A DNA stretch of 64,000 bases. It comes from Candidatus Latescibacterota bacterium. Its GTDB lineage: Bacteria > Latescibacterota > UBA2968 > GCA-2709665. Shown here piece after piece: positions 10,332-20,469 of this stretch (its first letter is position 1; every line of letters starts with the position of its first letter). The notes under the pieces are model-generated. The model saw only the letters and a list, made by a program, of their open reading frames with translations, was not told where the DNA came from and ran no database searches. The translations under genes were made by a program, and so were the position numbers. The stretch covers positions 288,001-352,000 of the forward strand of contig CAXXXF010000002.1 of assembly GCA_963667175.2 (NCBI GenBank), given 5' to 3'.

Positions 10332-10574
10332 GTCCCGCGCCTTGCGGTTCCTTTTCTTGCCGGCGGCATAAAGCAAGAGCCAATTGAGCAAGGACGTCAT
10401 CTACCCTCTACCGCTCTCCCCGCTTTCAGTTTTTTTTTCCTTCTTCCTTCTTCCTTCTTCCTTCTTTATTGTGGTATTGTGCCGGCGTCTGAAATCGGGT
10501 ATTATTTGAAAAGGGGCCGACGGGGCGGAAGGCCGGGACTGAACCGAGTGGTTCTCGTATCGAGGGAGGCTGCC

Positions 10575-11249
10575 ATGGCGTATCGTATCTGCCTCACGCT
10601 GACGGGTCTGTTCGCACTTTCCGGGTGCTATACGCAGATTCGGCCGCCCGAATATGAAACGGATGGCCGGGTGGGCGCGGCGTTGCCTGCGGCTAACGAC
10701 ACCGTTGTTGTATACAAACAGTACGTGTACAACTATTTCGATCCGTACAGGTGGGAAGCAGCGCCGTATTTCGAACCGTACTTTCCGGGATACCCGTCCT
10801 GGGCGAGACGGGGCTTCCGGTGGAGACATTCCTACTGGTCTGCGGCATACGGACCGTGGTGGAGGGGATGGATGCGGCGGATTCTCACGCGTGGACGGTT
10901 AACCGCTCCCACGTACAGGTATCGCCCGGTCGAGACTGACCCCATCGATCTTCACGAACCGCGTCTGCGCATCAGATATACCGGATTGCGGGGTGGTGAA
11001 CCCGCATCGGCCGGCACAGTCCGGAAGGGAAGCGGGGTAAGAAAGACGACGCGACCGCGCCGTGGGACGATATCCGGCGCGACACGGGCAAATCCGAAAC
11101 CGGAGAGATCGGGCAGCGCGACGAGAACCGCCTCGAAACCGCGCGATTCGGGCGGCAGTAAGCCGTCTTCGCAACGGGAAGAAAAAAAGCAGGAGGAAAA
11201 GCGCGAGGAGAAACGAGAGAAACAGCGGCGCAGAGGGGGGATGCGATGA
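10575..11249 (+). CDS. Hypothetical lipoprotein, Tyr/Trp-rich with a disordered basic tail
   Basis: ATG after GGAGG; lipobox LSGC; ATGA overlap with the next gene. Confidence 0.7.
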   Translation: MAYRICLTLTGLFALSGCYTQIRPPEYETDGRVGAALPAANDTVVVYKQYVYNYFDPYRWEAAPYFEPYFPGYPSWARRGFRWRHSYWSAAYGPWWRGWMRRILTRGRLTAPTYRYRPVETDPIDLHEPRLRIRYTGLRGGEPASAGTVRKGSGVRKTTRPRRGTISGATRANPKPERSGSATRTASKPRDSGGSKPSSQREEKKQEEKREEKREKQRRRGGMR

Positions 11250-12529
11250 GGCGAGTCCATCCTCTTGCGCTGTTGCTGGCAACGTGCGCCCTGTCTGCGC
11301 CTCTCGACGCGCAGGAGGTCGCGCTGGATGGGTTTTCGGGAATCGGCGCGCGCGCAATGGGGATGGGGGGCGCGTACGTCACGGTATCGGATGATTTCTC
11401 GGGCCTCTTCTGGAACCCTGCCGGATTGGCAAGGGCCCAACGCGGGTCGATATCGTGGGGGATGTCGCACGACCGGTTTCGGAACGAATCGCAATTCTTC
11501 AGTCGGCCTTCCGCGTTTGAGCTGAACAGCACGCGCTTCGCATCGGCGGGCGTCGTCTATCCGGTTCCCGTCTACCGGGGCAGCCTGGTTTTCGCAGCGG
11601 GTTTCGGGCGCAACCGGCACTTCGACGGAGGATTGCGGATTGATGCGTACGATGACGTCGCCGACTTCGAAAAATCGGGTTTTTCGGAAGACCGGGGCGC
11701 CTTCGGCGCGTGGACGATTGGCGCCGCAGTGGACGTGGCGCCGCGCCTCTCCGCGGGTGTTTCTCTGTACAGGTGGCGGGGAACCAACCGGTTCATGCAG
11801 GAATTGACGCTTGAAGACGTGCAGCAGGTCCACGTGGACACGGTACGTCTTTATCAGCGATTCGAATCCGACGACGAGTTTTCTGCGCTGGGGCTTCAGG
11901 GCGGCATCCGGTTCTGGCGCCCGTCGAATTTCCGGATTGGCGTAACGATTTCCGTGGCGACTCCCATTCGCGTGTCGGCCGAAGTGGCGGATGAGTTCGA
12001 AGATACGTACGAAGATCGGAAAGATACCTATCCCCGCGACTATTACGTGGACAGGTACGAGATACGGCAGCCGATCTCACTGGGATTCGGTCTGGGATGG
12101 GCCTCGAAGGGACTGACGTTGAGCGGCGACGTGCATTACGGGGACCTTCAGGAGGCCACCTACAACGTCCGGGCGCGGAACATCACGCCGCACGTGGACG
12201 ATTTCCGCCGGCAATACCGAAACGCGGTGCGGATCCATCTGGGCGGCGAATACGCGTTTCCCGGGAGGGGCCTCGCGTTGAGGGGCGGCTACTATCGCGA
12301 CCCGGTCCGATACGTTGGCGGCGGTTCCGTGCCCGACGTGCGAATCGAGACGGACCGCGATGCCTGGACATTTGGCATCGGCGCTGAGCTGGACCGGTAT
12401 TTCGCGCTGGACGTGGCCGCTGTGTTCGGCGGGTACAGGCAGACGGAAGGCAATCGCGAAGACAGGGTGCGTACGGTACGCGCGCTGGTTTCGATGCGTG
12501 TCAACTTCGACGTGGAACGATATCGCTAA
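11246..12529 (+). CDS. OmpP1/FadL/TodX-family outer-membrane transporter
   Basis: Signal peptide; GARAMGMGGAY...FWNPAGL hatch motif; beta-strand pattern LALRGGY. Confidence 0.85.
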   Translation: MRRVHPLALLLATCALSAPLDAQEVALDGFSGIGARAMGMGGAYVTVSDDFSGLFWNPAGLARAQRGSISWGMSHDRFRNESQFFSRPSAFELNSTRFASAGVVYPVPVYRGSLVFAAGFGRNRHFDGGLRIDAYDDVADFEKSGFSEDRGAFGAWTIGAAVDVAPRLSAGVSLYRWRGTNRFMQELTLEDVQQVHVDTVRLYQRFESDDEFSALGLQGGIRFWRPSNFRIGVTISVATPIRVSAEVADEFEDTYEDRKDTYPRDYYVDRYEIRQPISLGFGLGWASKGLTLSGDVHYGDLQEATYNVRARNITPHVDDFRRQYRNAVRIHLGGEYAFPGRGLALRGGYYRDPVRYVGGGSVPDVRIETDRDAWTFGIGAELDRYFALDVAAVFGGYRQTEGNREDRVRTVRALVSMRVNFDVERYR

Positions 12530-12620
12530 GTCCCACCCGTCAAATAACTTAGTATGATACAAAAGCCACCGCCGATTGCGTACAATCGGCGGTATTGTCG
12601 TTGAGGCATGGAACGACTCT

Positions 12621-13019
12621 TCAAACGCCTTCCAATTCACCGAGTTTGCGTCTTATCAGACCCATCAGGCTCTCCAATTGCCGCACCGCCTCAGCACGAT
12701 CGAGGGTTGGGGGCACAACTTCCTCGCCCGTATAGCGAAACTCCACGGCAAACGGAGTGTATGTAGCCAGACTTCGGTAATTCCCGGCTTCAGCATTCAG
12801 TTCGATTAACCGATCCAACAGATAACCCAGATCATGAGTGAGAGGATAGATTTCGCCGAGCAGTGAGAGCCAGGCCTTGCAGAGCTTTTCCGCGCCCTGC
12901 TGTACGTTGAAACCGAAGTTTTCGTCAGGGAAATCGGTATTGGTGGCCATAAGGCGAACCGTCGTCAGGTCTCGCGCGGCGGCTTCGATCAGAGTGCGGG
13001 CCTGTTTAACGTCGTTCAT
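12621..13019 (-). CDS. HEPN domain protein (HEPN-MNT module)
   Basis: QQGAEKLCKA...YPLTHDL...FAVEFRY. Confidence 0.85.
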   Translation of the reverse strand: MNDVKQARTLIEAAARDLTTVRLMATNTDFPDENFGFNVQQGAEKLCKAWLSLLGEIYPLTHDLGYLLDRLIELNAEAGNYRSLATYTPFAVEFRYTGEEVVPPTLDRAEAVRQLESLMGLIRRKLGELEGV

Positions 13020-13341
13020 AAAGCACCCGTCCTTCTCGTAGGGCTCGCGCTACGACGTTGTTGAGGGAGTCACGCCAATACTCGACTCGTTCCCGGCTGT
13101 AGACCAGAATGTCCTTGGGAACCTGAAAGTGAGACAGTGCATCATAGAGCCTGATTCCCTCTTCGTATCTCAACTTCGCGTTCGCGAACGGTTCTGACTC
13201 AATGACCAGAAAATCCACGTCAGAATCGTACGTAGCAGTACCGCGAGCGTACGAACCGAACAGAATCACCTGTTCGGGATCGGCTTCGTCGACGATGGTT
13301 CTTACCATCTCGTCCAGAAGGGCGTCTGTAACCTGTGTCAA
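13006..13341 (-). CDS. Minimal nucleotidyltransferase (MNT)
   Basis: VILFGSYARG...DSDVDFLVI; overlaps the HEPN gene. Confidence 0.9.
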   Translation of the reverse strand: MTQVTDALLDEMVRTIVDEADPEQVILFGSYARGTATYDSDVDFLVIESEPFANAKLRYEEGIRLYDALSHFQVPKDILVYSRERVEYWRDSLNNVVARALREGRVLYERR

Positions 13342-13381
13342 CTCTTCACCTCGTACGGTCGTCTAATCAGCTATGCAGTTG

Positions 13382-14677
13382 TTATGCCGCTGCATCGCGT
13401 ATGTTCGCACGCGTTCCATGAATATCGAAACAGGCGTACTGATTGTCTCGCATGATCCGGTTCGCAACGTCCATCGCCTGTTTCTCACTCAGATATCCTT
13501 CAGCGACTTCCGCCTCCAGCCCGCGGCGAATTTCATTCCGGGCCTGGATTGAATACGCGAGCGCGCCCGTGGGCCAGCCCGTGTCGCCCCCGAACGCGAA
13601 CAGCTTGTTGGCCGGGACGGCGTGCAGGAATCGGCGTAGAAAGTCCCTCGAACTATAGGGATCGATGCTCCACGCCCAGCAGAGGTCGACCCAGATGTTC
13701 CTGTAGTGCTTGGCCAGGGCGACCAGTTCATCGTTATACGGGTAGGCGATGTGCATCAGGACGAAGCGGGCGTCCGGGTACCGTGCGAATAACGCGCACA
13801 TGTTCCCGGCGGCGATCCGACTCACAGGCATGCGGTCGTTGCCCGCGTAGGTTCCCGTGTGGATCTTGAACGGCAGGTTGTGTGCGACGGAGAGTTCCAC
13901 GCCGCGCGCCCAGCACCAGTCACCGAGGCAAAGCCGCGTCTGCTCCGGGACGTCTTCGTCGGCCCCCTGCAGTATCCTTTCGAGCGCGCGGGCTGCCTCC
14001 GGGTCGTCGCGTTCACGCCAGTGCAGGGTCCGGCTGTACGCGTGCTGAGCCTTCACCGCGATGGCGCAGTCCGCGTATTTGGAGAAGATGCCTTCCATCG
14101 CCTGTTTGAGGGTTTCGAGACCCGTCACCTCGACGTTGGTCTCGGCGTGGATCTGCTCGAGATCGACCTGCCCGTTGCAGAACCCCGCCCATGAGAGATC
14201 GTAAAGGAAGAAATCGGGCCCTGAATCATCCGGCAGGCATGCCCATTGGAAATCGTCCGTCTGAACGTGATCCAGGTTCGCCGCGTCGCGCAGCAGGCGC
14301 AGTCGTTCCCCGGGACGCCGAAGTGCGTGTATCCTTTCCTGAGCGGACGTCATGGCGTCCGCTGTTAGAACGTCGATGCCGTACACGTGCCTGGCGATCA
14401 ACCGCACCGCTTCTCCGTATCCTGTAAACTGCGTCGCTTCCCAGGCTTCCCGGATGCCCTCGAACCGCCCGGCGATGTCCGCATCCGACCCATCCATCAA
14501 CCGCTTCATGGCCGCAGGAGAGGCGCCGGCCGTGTGAAGGTCGGCCGGGACGTAATTTCCGAACAGGTCCTGCAGGATATCGGGGCCTTCGTCGACCCAG
14601 TCCGGTTCCTTTCGCAGATGCTCGTGCGTATCGACCAGGGCGGTTTCCTGAATATGATGCGTCAGGTCGGTGTACAT
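13382..14677 (-). CDS. Amidohydrolase-family protein (uronate-isomerase-like TIM barrel)
   Basis: VDTHEH, KIHTG, FVLMHIAYP, FAFGGD metal-ligand motifs. Confidence 0.85.
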   Translation of the reverse strand: MYTDLTHHIQETALVDTHEHLRKEPDWVDEGPDILQDLFGNYVPADLHTAGASPAAMKRLMDGSDADIAGRFEGIREAWEATQFTGYGEAVRLIARHVYGIDVLTADAMTSAQERIHALRRPGERLRLLRDAANLDHVQTDDFQWACLPDDSGPDFFLYDLSWAGFCNGQVDLEQIHAETNVEVTGLETLKQAMEGIFSKYADCAIAVKAQHAYSRTLHWRERDDPEAARALERILQGADEDVPEQTRLCLGDWCWARGVELSVAHNLPFKIHTGTYAGNDRMPVSRIAAGNMCALFARYPDARFVLMHIAYPYNDELVALAKHYRNIWVDLCWAWSIDPYSSRDFLRRFLHAVPANKLFAFGGDTGWPTGALAYSIQARNEIRRGLEAEVAEGYLSEKQAMDVANRIMRDNQYACFDIHGTRANIRDAAA

Positions 14678-14723
14678 TGGCTGTCCCTTTTTACGGCTCA
14701 GGCGCGGCGCGACGGATGCGTCG

Positions 14724-15332
14724 TTACGATCCTGTCCAGGGCGGAAACAGGTCGTGTTCGATGTTCAAAAGATTCAGGATCCGCCCGGCGACGAAATCCG
14801 CCAGGTCGTCAAAGGTCTCGGGCTTCTGGTAGAATGCCGGCATGGCCGGCACGATTGCGGCGCCCGCCTCGGCGACGGCGGTCATGTTCCGGAGGTGGAT
14901 CAGGTTCATCGGCGTTTCGCGGGGAACCAGAATCAGCGGTCGGCGTTCCTTGAGCGTGACGTCCGCGGCCCTTTCGATCAGGTTTCCCGACGCGCCATGT
15001 GCGATATTCGCCAGGTATTTCATTGAACACGGCACGACGACCATGCCCCGCACGCCCACGGACCCGCTCGCGACCGCCGCCGCCATGTTGCCGATCTGGT
15101 GGACGATCACGCTCCCGTTCGAAACCGCGGCGCCGTACCGATCAGCAAGAAAACCCTCAAATTCGGACTGCTTTCCCTTGAATCCCCCTTCCTCCCTCAG
15201 CAGCATCCACCCGAATCCGGATACAATCAGGTGTACCTCTTCCCCGTTCAGCAGCAGAGCGCGCAGGGTCCGAAGGGCATAGATGGCCCCGCTCGCGCCG
15301 GTTATCGCAACCGCAATCCGGTTCACCGCCAC
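14724..15332 (-). CDS. ubiX: UbiX-family flavin prenyltransferase
   Basis: ITGASGAIY, VASGS, PCSM, LIERAADVTLKERRPLILVPRETP, PAFY. Confidence 0.95.
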   Translation of the reverse strand: MAVNRIAVAITGASGAIYALRTLRALLLNGEEVHLIVSGFGWMLLREEGGFKGKQSEFEGFLADRYGAAVSNGSVIVHQIGNMAAAVASGSVGVRGMVVVPCSMKYLANIAHGASGNLIERAADVTLKERRPLILVPRETPMNLIHLRNMTAVAEAGAAIVPAMPAFYQKPETFDDLADFVAGRILNLLNIEHDLFPPWTGS

Positions 15333-16183
15333 AACACGTCTCCAAGCGTAAAGGCGAAATAGACGGCGCTGATCGCGGCATTCACGTTCACGAATGCCAC
15401 GCCGAGCCGGGAAAGGTCATCCGGCCTTACCAGCCGGTGCTCGTACACCATCAACACCGCCACCACGATCAGTCCTGCCATGTAGATGACTCCCAGCTCG
15501 AAAAACGTTCCCACCGCGGACATCAGAAGAAAGGAAATCGCGTGGAGAATCCGCGCGACGACCAGCCCCCGGGGTATTCCAAAGCGCTGCGGAATCGAAT
15601 AAACCCCGTGACTGCGGTCAAACTCCACGTCCTGGCATGCATAGATGATATCGAACCCCGATACCCACGTTAACACGGCGCCGGCCAGCAGCAGGATCCC
15701 GGCGTCAAGGCGCCCTGTAATCGCAATCCATGCGCCTACGGGCGCCAGAGACAGCGCCAGACCGAGAAATAACTGCGTGGCCCACGTGAATCGTTTGGTG
15801 TAGGAATAGAAGAAGACAATGCCCAACGCCACTGGAGAAAGCGCGAAACACAGCGGGTTCAGTCGCCAGGCGGCGACGATCAGCGCCAGGGAGGAGATCG
15901 CGATCAATACGCGCACGGCGCCCGGCGAGATCAGGCCGCGCGGCAACTCTCGCGCCGCGGTCCTGGGATTCGCCGCGTCCATGTCCCGGTCCACCAGCCG
16001 GTTGAACCCCATCGCCGCGCTTCTGGCGCCCACCATCGCCACGGCGATCCAGAACACCTGCACCAGGCTGATATCCGCTTCCAGCGCGGCCAGCGCCGCG
16101 CCGCTGAAGGCAAACGGAAGGGCGAAGACGCTGTGTGAGAACTTGATCATTCGCCCGTAGGTAAGAATATGATCAACGATCAT
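15323..16183 (-). CDS. mqnP: UbiA-family polyprenyltransferase (MqnP-type)
   Basis: IKFSHSVFALPFA, ARSAAMGFNRLVDRDMDAANPRTAARELP, YSYTKRFT, GFDIIYACQD; start reassigned to ATG 16183. Confidence 0.85.
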   Translation of the reverse strand: MIVDHILTYGRMIKFSHSVFALPFAFSGAALAALEADISLVQVFWIAVAMVGARSAAMGFNRLVDRDMDAANPRTAARELPRGLISPGAVRVLIAISSLALIVAAWRLNPLCFALSPVALGIVFFYSYTKRFTWATQLFLGLALSLAPVGAWIAITGRLDAGILLLAGAVLTWVSGFDIIYACQDVEFDRSHGVYSIPQRFGIPRGLVVARILHAISFLLMSAVGTFFELGVIYMAGLIVVAVLMVYEHRLVRPDDLSRLGVAFVNVNAAISAVYFAFTLGDVLWR

Positions 16184-16445
16184 GGGTGGGACTCGACGTA
16201 TACCTGGCCGTCTGCAAAAGGGTTTCGTTATCGCGGTCCGGTGTGTGCAGGGAGTTGGCGGATGTCTGCGGCCACGAATCCCTGCCTTGCGCAGGTGCCA
16301 ACGGCTTGTCGAAGGCCTGTCGAACGGTCGAGAGTTATCCAGGGTGCGCAAATTGCGGGCATTTCGACATTTCGACAAGCTCAATGCAGGCATGCTCAAT
16401 GACCACGCATTGGAAAGACCGTCTCGACAGGGTTGCTACGACAAT

Positions 16446-17525
16446 TCACCCGCCGAGGGCCGCGCCGACTGCCTCATCGATGCGCGTCATGTCGGCGTCC
16501 GTCAGTTCAACCCGCGCCGCGTTCACGTTGTCCTCCAGGTGTCGCATTTCAGTTACGCCTGCAATGACAGACGGCACCTGCCCATTGGCCAGCAGCCAGG
16601 CAATCGCGAGTTGCGCGAGGGAGATTCCCTTCGATTCCGCCACCGCCAGCAGCCCTTCAACGGCCTCCAGATAGGGTTCGGTCAGAAACTCGGCCTCGTC
16701 GCCGTCGTCGATGATCCGTCCTGACGCCTCCTCCAGCCTTCCCTTGCGGTACCTGCCCGTGAGCAGGCCGCTTGCGAGCGGATAGTAGGGGATCACACCC
16801 ACGTCAGCCCTGGCCGCCGCCTTCAGGAAATCCGACCCCCTGCCTCCGTCCTCGGACGCCACCGCGTCCTGTTGCACCAGATTGTAACGGTTTTGCACGG
16901 CCACGATCCGGCGTGACACGTCCTTGCCTACCCTTTCCAACGCAGCGATTACATTCGCCATCTGCTTCGCGGAGTGATTGGATACCGCCAGGTACCTTAC
17001 CTTTCCCTGTGATACGAGATCGTCGAACGCGCCCCATGTTTCTTCGATCGGAACCCGGTAGTCCCCGTCGTCGCCGGCGCCGCTCTGGTGCAGATAGAGC
17101 AGGTCGATGTAGTCCGTCTGCAATCGCTCCAGGCACTTGTCCACGCCAAAGTGGATATACGTCCTGGATGCGCCGAGTTGATTCGGCGTGAAGTCGGCCT
17201 CCATGGCGTGCTCCGCGCGCACCGGGTTGTGAATCTTGGTCGCCATCACGACCTGTTCCCTGACCGTACCTGGACGAGCGGCGAAATAACGCCCCAACAG
17301 ACGCTCCGAATTGCCCGACGCAAGATTGTAGGAACACGCGGTGTCCCAGTGAAAGACACCCAGTTCCAGGGCCCGGTCCAGGACCTCGAACCCCTTGTGA
17401 TCCCCGATGCGGGACCCGTCGTAAACCGGATCGCCCCACTTCCACGTTCCCAGCCCGATAACGGACACGAACAGGCCGGAGTTCCCGACACGCCGGCATG
17501 GCATGCCTCTGAATTCCTCTGCCAT
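16446..17525 (-). CDS. Aldo/keto reductase
   Basis: GNSGLFVSVIGLGT, DTACSY, LERLQTDYIDLLYLH, GKVRYLAVSN, PLASGLLTG. Confidence 0.92.
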   Translation of the reverse strand: MAEEFRGMPCRRVGNSGLFVSVIGLGTWKWGDPVYDGSRIGDHKGFEVLDRALELGVFHWDTACSYNLASGNSERLLGRYFAARPGTVREQVVMATKIHNPVRAEHAMEADFTPNQLGASRTYIHFGVDKCLERLQTDYIDLLYLHQSGAGDDGDYRVPIEETWGAFDDLVSQGKVRYLAVSNHSAKQMANVIAALERVGKDVSRRIVAVQNRYNLVQQDAVASEDGGRGSDFLKAAARADVGVIPYYPLASGLLTGRYRKGRLEEASGRIIDDGDEAEFLTEPYLEAVEGLLAVAESKGISLAQLAIAWLLANGQVPSVIAGVTEMRHLEDNVNAARVELTDADMTRIDEAVGAALGG

Positions 17526-17592
17526 TTCACAAGCCTCCAATGGTGAATGGTTTCGATCATCGCAAATCGTACAACGTCAGCGGGCGCAATCG

Positions 17593-20409
17593 CTATCGTC
17601 TCTCCAGATCCGGATGTTGTCTATGCCAATCCGTCGCCTGCTCGTAGGCAAGGCCCACGTTCAGAAGCGTCGCTTCGTCGTAGAGGTTTCCGATGAGCGT
17701 CAGTCCTCGCGGCATGCCGTCTGTGAACCCGCACTTCAACGTCAGCGCGGGATGCCCGGTGAGATTGGTAATTGTGAGACTCGCGCCGGCGTCTCCGGGC
17801 GCCAGCAGTACGTCCCAATCCTTCATCAATACCTCGAGATCGCGAATCATCAGGGACCGGACCTGCTGTGCGCGCAAATATTCCACGGCGGGCACCATCC
17901 GAAAGCTGCGAAGTACCGTCGGCCAGGAGCTGTTGTCCGCGTCTGTCATGGCGTCCAGTTCGCCCGCCCGCGTCGCGCTGTCGAACGCGGCCGCCGCTTC
18001 CACGCAGAGCATCATCGAAACCGCGCCGTGTGGGCACTCCGGAAGCGTCACGGGTTGAACGCGCATTCCGAGTTCTTCAAGCTTCCGGAACGCGGCTTCG
18101 TAGACGGCACGCTCTTCGGCGCCCTCGACGTCGTCGAATTCCCGCTGGATGAAGCCGACTCTCAATGCCCTTACATCCGGGGCTGCGGGCCAGTTGAACG
18201 GCGCGTCCACCACGGATCGGTCTCTCCCGTCCGGTCCGTGGATGGCGCTGAACACGGCCGCGCAGTCTTCGACGCCACGGCACATCGGACCCAGTTTGTC
18301 CATGGTCCAGGCAAGCGCCATCGCTCCGTAACGGCTCACGCGACCGTATGTTGGCCGCAGCCCCGTTACACCGCAGGTATGGCTCGGCGAGACGATCGAT
18401 CCCTGCGTTTCCGAACCGATGCTGAATCCAACGAGGCCGGCGGCGGTCGCGGCGGCGGGACCGGCCGAAGACCCGCTCGAGTCCGTCTCCGGATTCCATG
18501 GGTTCCGGGTCATCCCCCCGAACCAGTGCGGCCCCATGGCGAGCGCTCCGGTCGAGAGCTTGGCCGCGAGGACCGCGCCCGCGTCCCGAAGCCGTTCCAC
18601 AACGGCCGCGTCGGTCTCACCCGTTTGCTCCTTGAATGGCGTGGCGCCCCACGTGGTCCGGATCCCCTTTGTGGATAGCAGGTCCTTGGCGCCCCACGGA
18701 ATCCCATGAAGCGGACCGCGGTATTTCCCGGCCGTGATCTCCGCCTCGGCGGCCCTGGCCTGCGCCATCGCCAATTCTTCGGTACGTGAAACCACGCAAT
18801 GCAGCTTTTCGCCGAAAGCATCCAGCCGATCGAGGTAGAGCCTGGTGAGCTCCACGGGAGACACCGCCCTGGATTTCACCAGGCGCGCCAGCGCGCTTAC
18901 CGGCAGAAAGGCCAGATCGTCCCCGGATACCGGTCGCTCGACCATGGAGGCGGTCAGCCTGAACGCACGCTGTTCTCCCGACGGCGGCGGTTTCACGCCC
19001 GGAAGGAATACCGACGCCGGGCTTACGTCGTAACCCACGTGGACCTCGCGGAGTTCCCGGTACCGGAGTCGATATTGCTCGACGTCCCGTCGCATGTACC
19101 CGCGCTGCGCTTCGGTAAAGCGGATCCCGCTCAGCTGCTCCGAACCCGCGATCCTGGCGTCTACGACAGCTGCCTCCGCCTCCGCGATGCCGTGCAGCGA
19201 TACGTGCCGAATCTCCGTATCGACGTCCGGGCTGCACCCTTCGCCAATGTGTCCATGAGTGTAGACCAGATTGGGTACATCCACGCGATTGTGTCCGGTC
19301 TGCCGTTCGAGGGAGGGCAGCCAGTTCGAGGCGTCCGGTTCGTCCGACGATACCCTATAACCCGAGAATGTCTCTCCACCGTCGCGGGAGGTAAACAACG
19401 CGATCTCGTTGCTGGAATCCGACCAACCGCCGCCTGCCCGGCAGACCGGGACCGCGGCGTAGATGACGCCGTCGTCCGCGATGCTGAGCGCACACACGTC
19501 CGACGTTTCGCACGGGCCGTAGAGCCGCTCCGCCTCCGGCATCAGCGAGACGACCCGCCAGTCGTTCTTCCTTCTGGTGTAGAAAAACGTCTCCGCCGCG
19601 CCGCATTCGCGACGGTTCAGCGTAAAGCAGAGCGATCCCCGGCCGCCGGTTACGACGTTACCGATGCGCACGTCGAGACCTTCATCGAATTCGATGACGC
19701 AGGGTGAAGCCGGGGTTGTGGGCAGAGACAGGGCGGTTCCGTCCACCGTTGCCCAGGTCCCGCCTCCGTCGCGGGATCGCATCAGGCCGAACCCCCGGCC
19801 GCGTGTATCGCTGGTATCCGCTTCGGTTGCCCGCACGATATGATAGGCCAGATAGAGCGTTCCGCTCTTGTCGATGTGTAGCGCGTTCTCGAATTGCGTA
19901 TACGCGGGCGGCCCTTCCGGGTCGACGAGCTTCACCGGGTCCGTCCACTCGTCCCCCGTTGGCTTTTTCTGATACACCAGGGACCATGGCCGTTCCGCCG
20001 CGTAAGACCCGCGGTAACAGGCGTGCAACGTATCGTCGGCGTCGCACACCAGGCTCGGATAGGTCGCCGTCGTTCCACCGAACGAAGGCTGTTCCACCCA
20101 CGAGGTTGAGGTATTGGGGCGCCGGCTCACCACGTGCCGGATCGGGTTGTGATGGGGTCCGAACGCCAGATGCAGGTATCCCTTTGAATCCAGCGCAAAG
20201 GCCGCGCCGGCGTGGTTGTCGTCCCCGGTTCCGACGTAGACCGGCTTTCCCCAGCGCCTGGTCCCGTGATGATAGGTACGGACGTATATCCTGCAGATCT
20301 GGTCCAGCCAGGCCACGTGGGTCTTGCCCCCGTGCGTCAGGATCTTGTTGCTCATCGTGTACGCGGTTCCCCGCGTGGAACCCGTTGTGGAAAGCACCTT
20401 GTGTTTCAT
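17593..20409 (-). CDS. Fusion of a BNR-4-like beta-propeller and an amidase-signature (AS) amidase
   Basis: N-half: DDNH...LHLAFGPHH and Asp-boxes SRDGGGTW, SRDGGETF. C-half: GPLHGIPWGAKDL, SGSSAG, GSETQGSIVSP. Confidence 0.85.
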   Translation of the reverse strand: MKHKVLSTTGSTRGTAYTMSNKILTHGGKTHVAWLDQICRIYVRTYHHGTRRWGKPVYVGTGDDNHAGAAFALDSKGYLHLAFGPHHNPIRHVVSRRPNTSTSWVEQPSFGGTTATYPSLVCDADDTLHACYRGSYAAERPWSLVYQKKPTGDEWTDPVKLVDPEGPPAYTQFENALHIDKSGTLYLAYHIVRATEADTSDTRGRGFGLMRSRDGGGTWATVDGTALSLPTTPASPCVIEFDEGLDVRIGNVVTGGRGSLCFTLNRRECGAAETFFYTRRKNDWRVVSLMPEAERLYGPCETSDVCALSIADDGVIYAAVPVCRAGGGWSDSSNEIALFTSRDGGETFSGYRVSSDEPDASNWLPSLERQTGHNRVDVPNLVYTHGHIGEGCSPDVDTEIRHVSLHGIAEAEAAVVDARIAGSEQLSGIRFTEAQRGYMRRDVEQYRLRYRELREVHVGYDVSPASVFLPGVKPPPSGEQRAFRLTASMVERPVSGDDLAFLPVSALARLVKSRAVSPVELTRLYLDRLDAFGEKLHCVVSRTEELAMAQARAAEAEITAGKYRGPLHGIPWGAKDLLSTKGIRTTWGATPFKEQTGETDAAVVERLRDAGAVLAAKLSTGALAMGPHWFGGMTRNPWNPETDSSGSSAGPAAATAAGLVGFSIGSETQGSIVSPSHTCGVTGLRPTYGRVSRYGAMALAWTMDKLGPMCRGVEDCAAVFSAIHGPDGRDRSVVDAPFNWPAAPDVRALRVGFIQREFDDVEGAEERAVYEAAFRKLEELGMRVQPVTLPECPHGAVSMMLCVEAAAAFDSATRAGELDAMTDADNSSWPTVLRSFRMVPAVEYLRAQQVRSLMIRDLEVLMKDWDVLLAPGDAGASLTITNLTGHPALTLKCGFTDGMPRGLTLIGNLYDEATLLNVGLAYEQATDWHRQHPDLERR

Positions 20410-20469
20410 AGTCTCCGCTCTTGCCGTTCCCTCGTTCTCTCGTCTTCTCGTTCCCTCGTGCCTTTGTCG

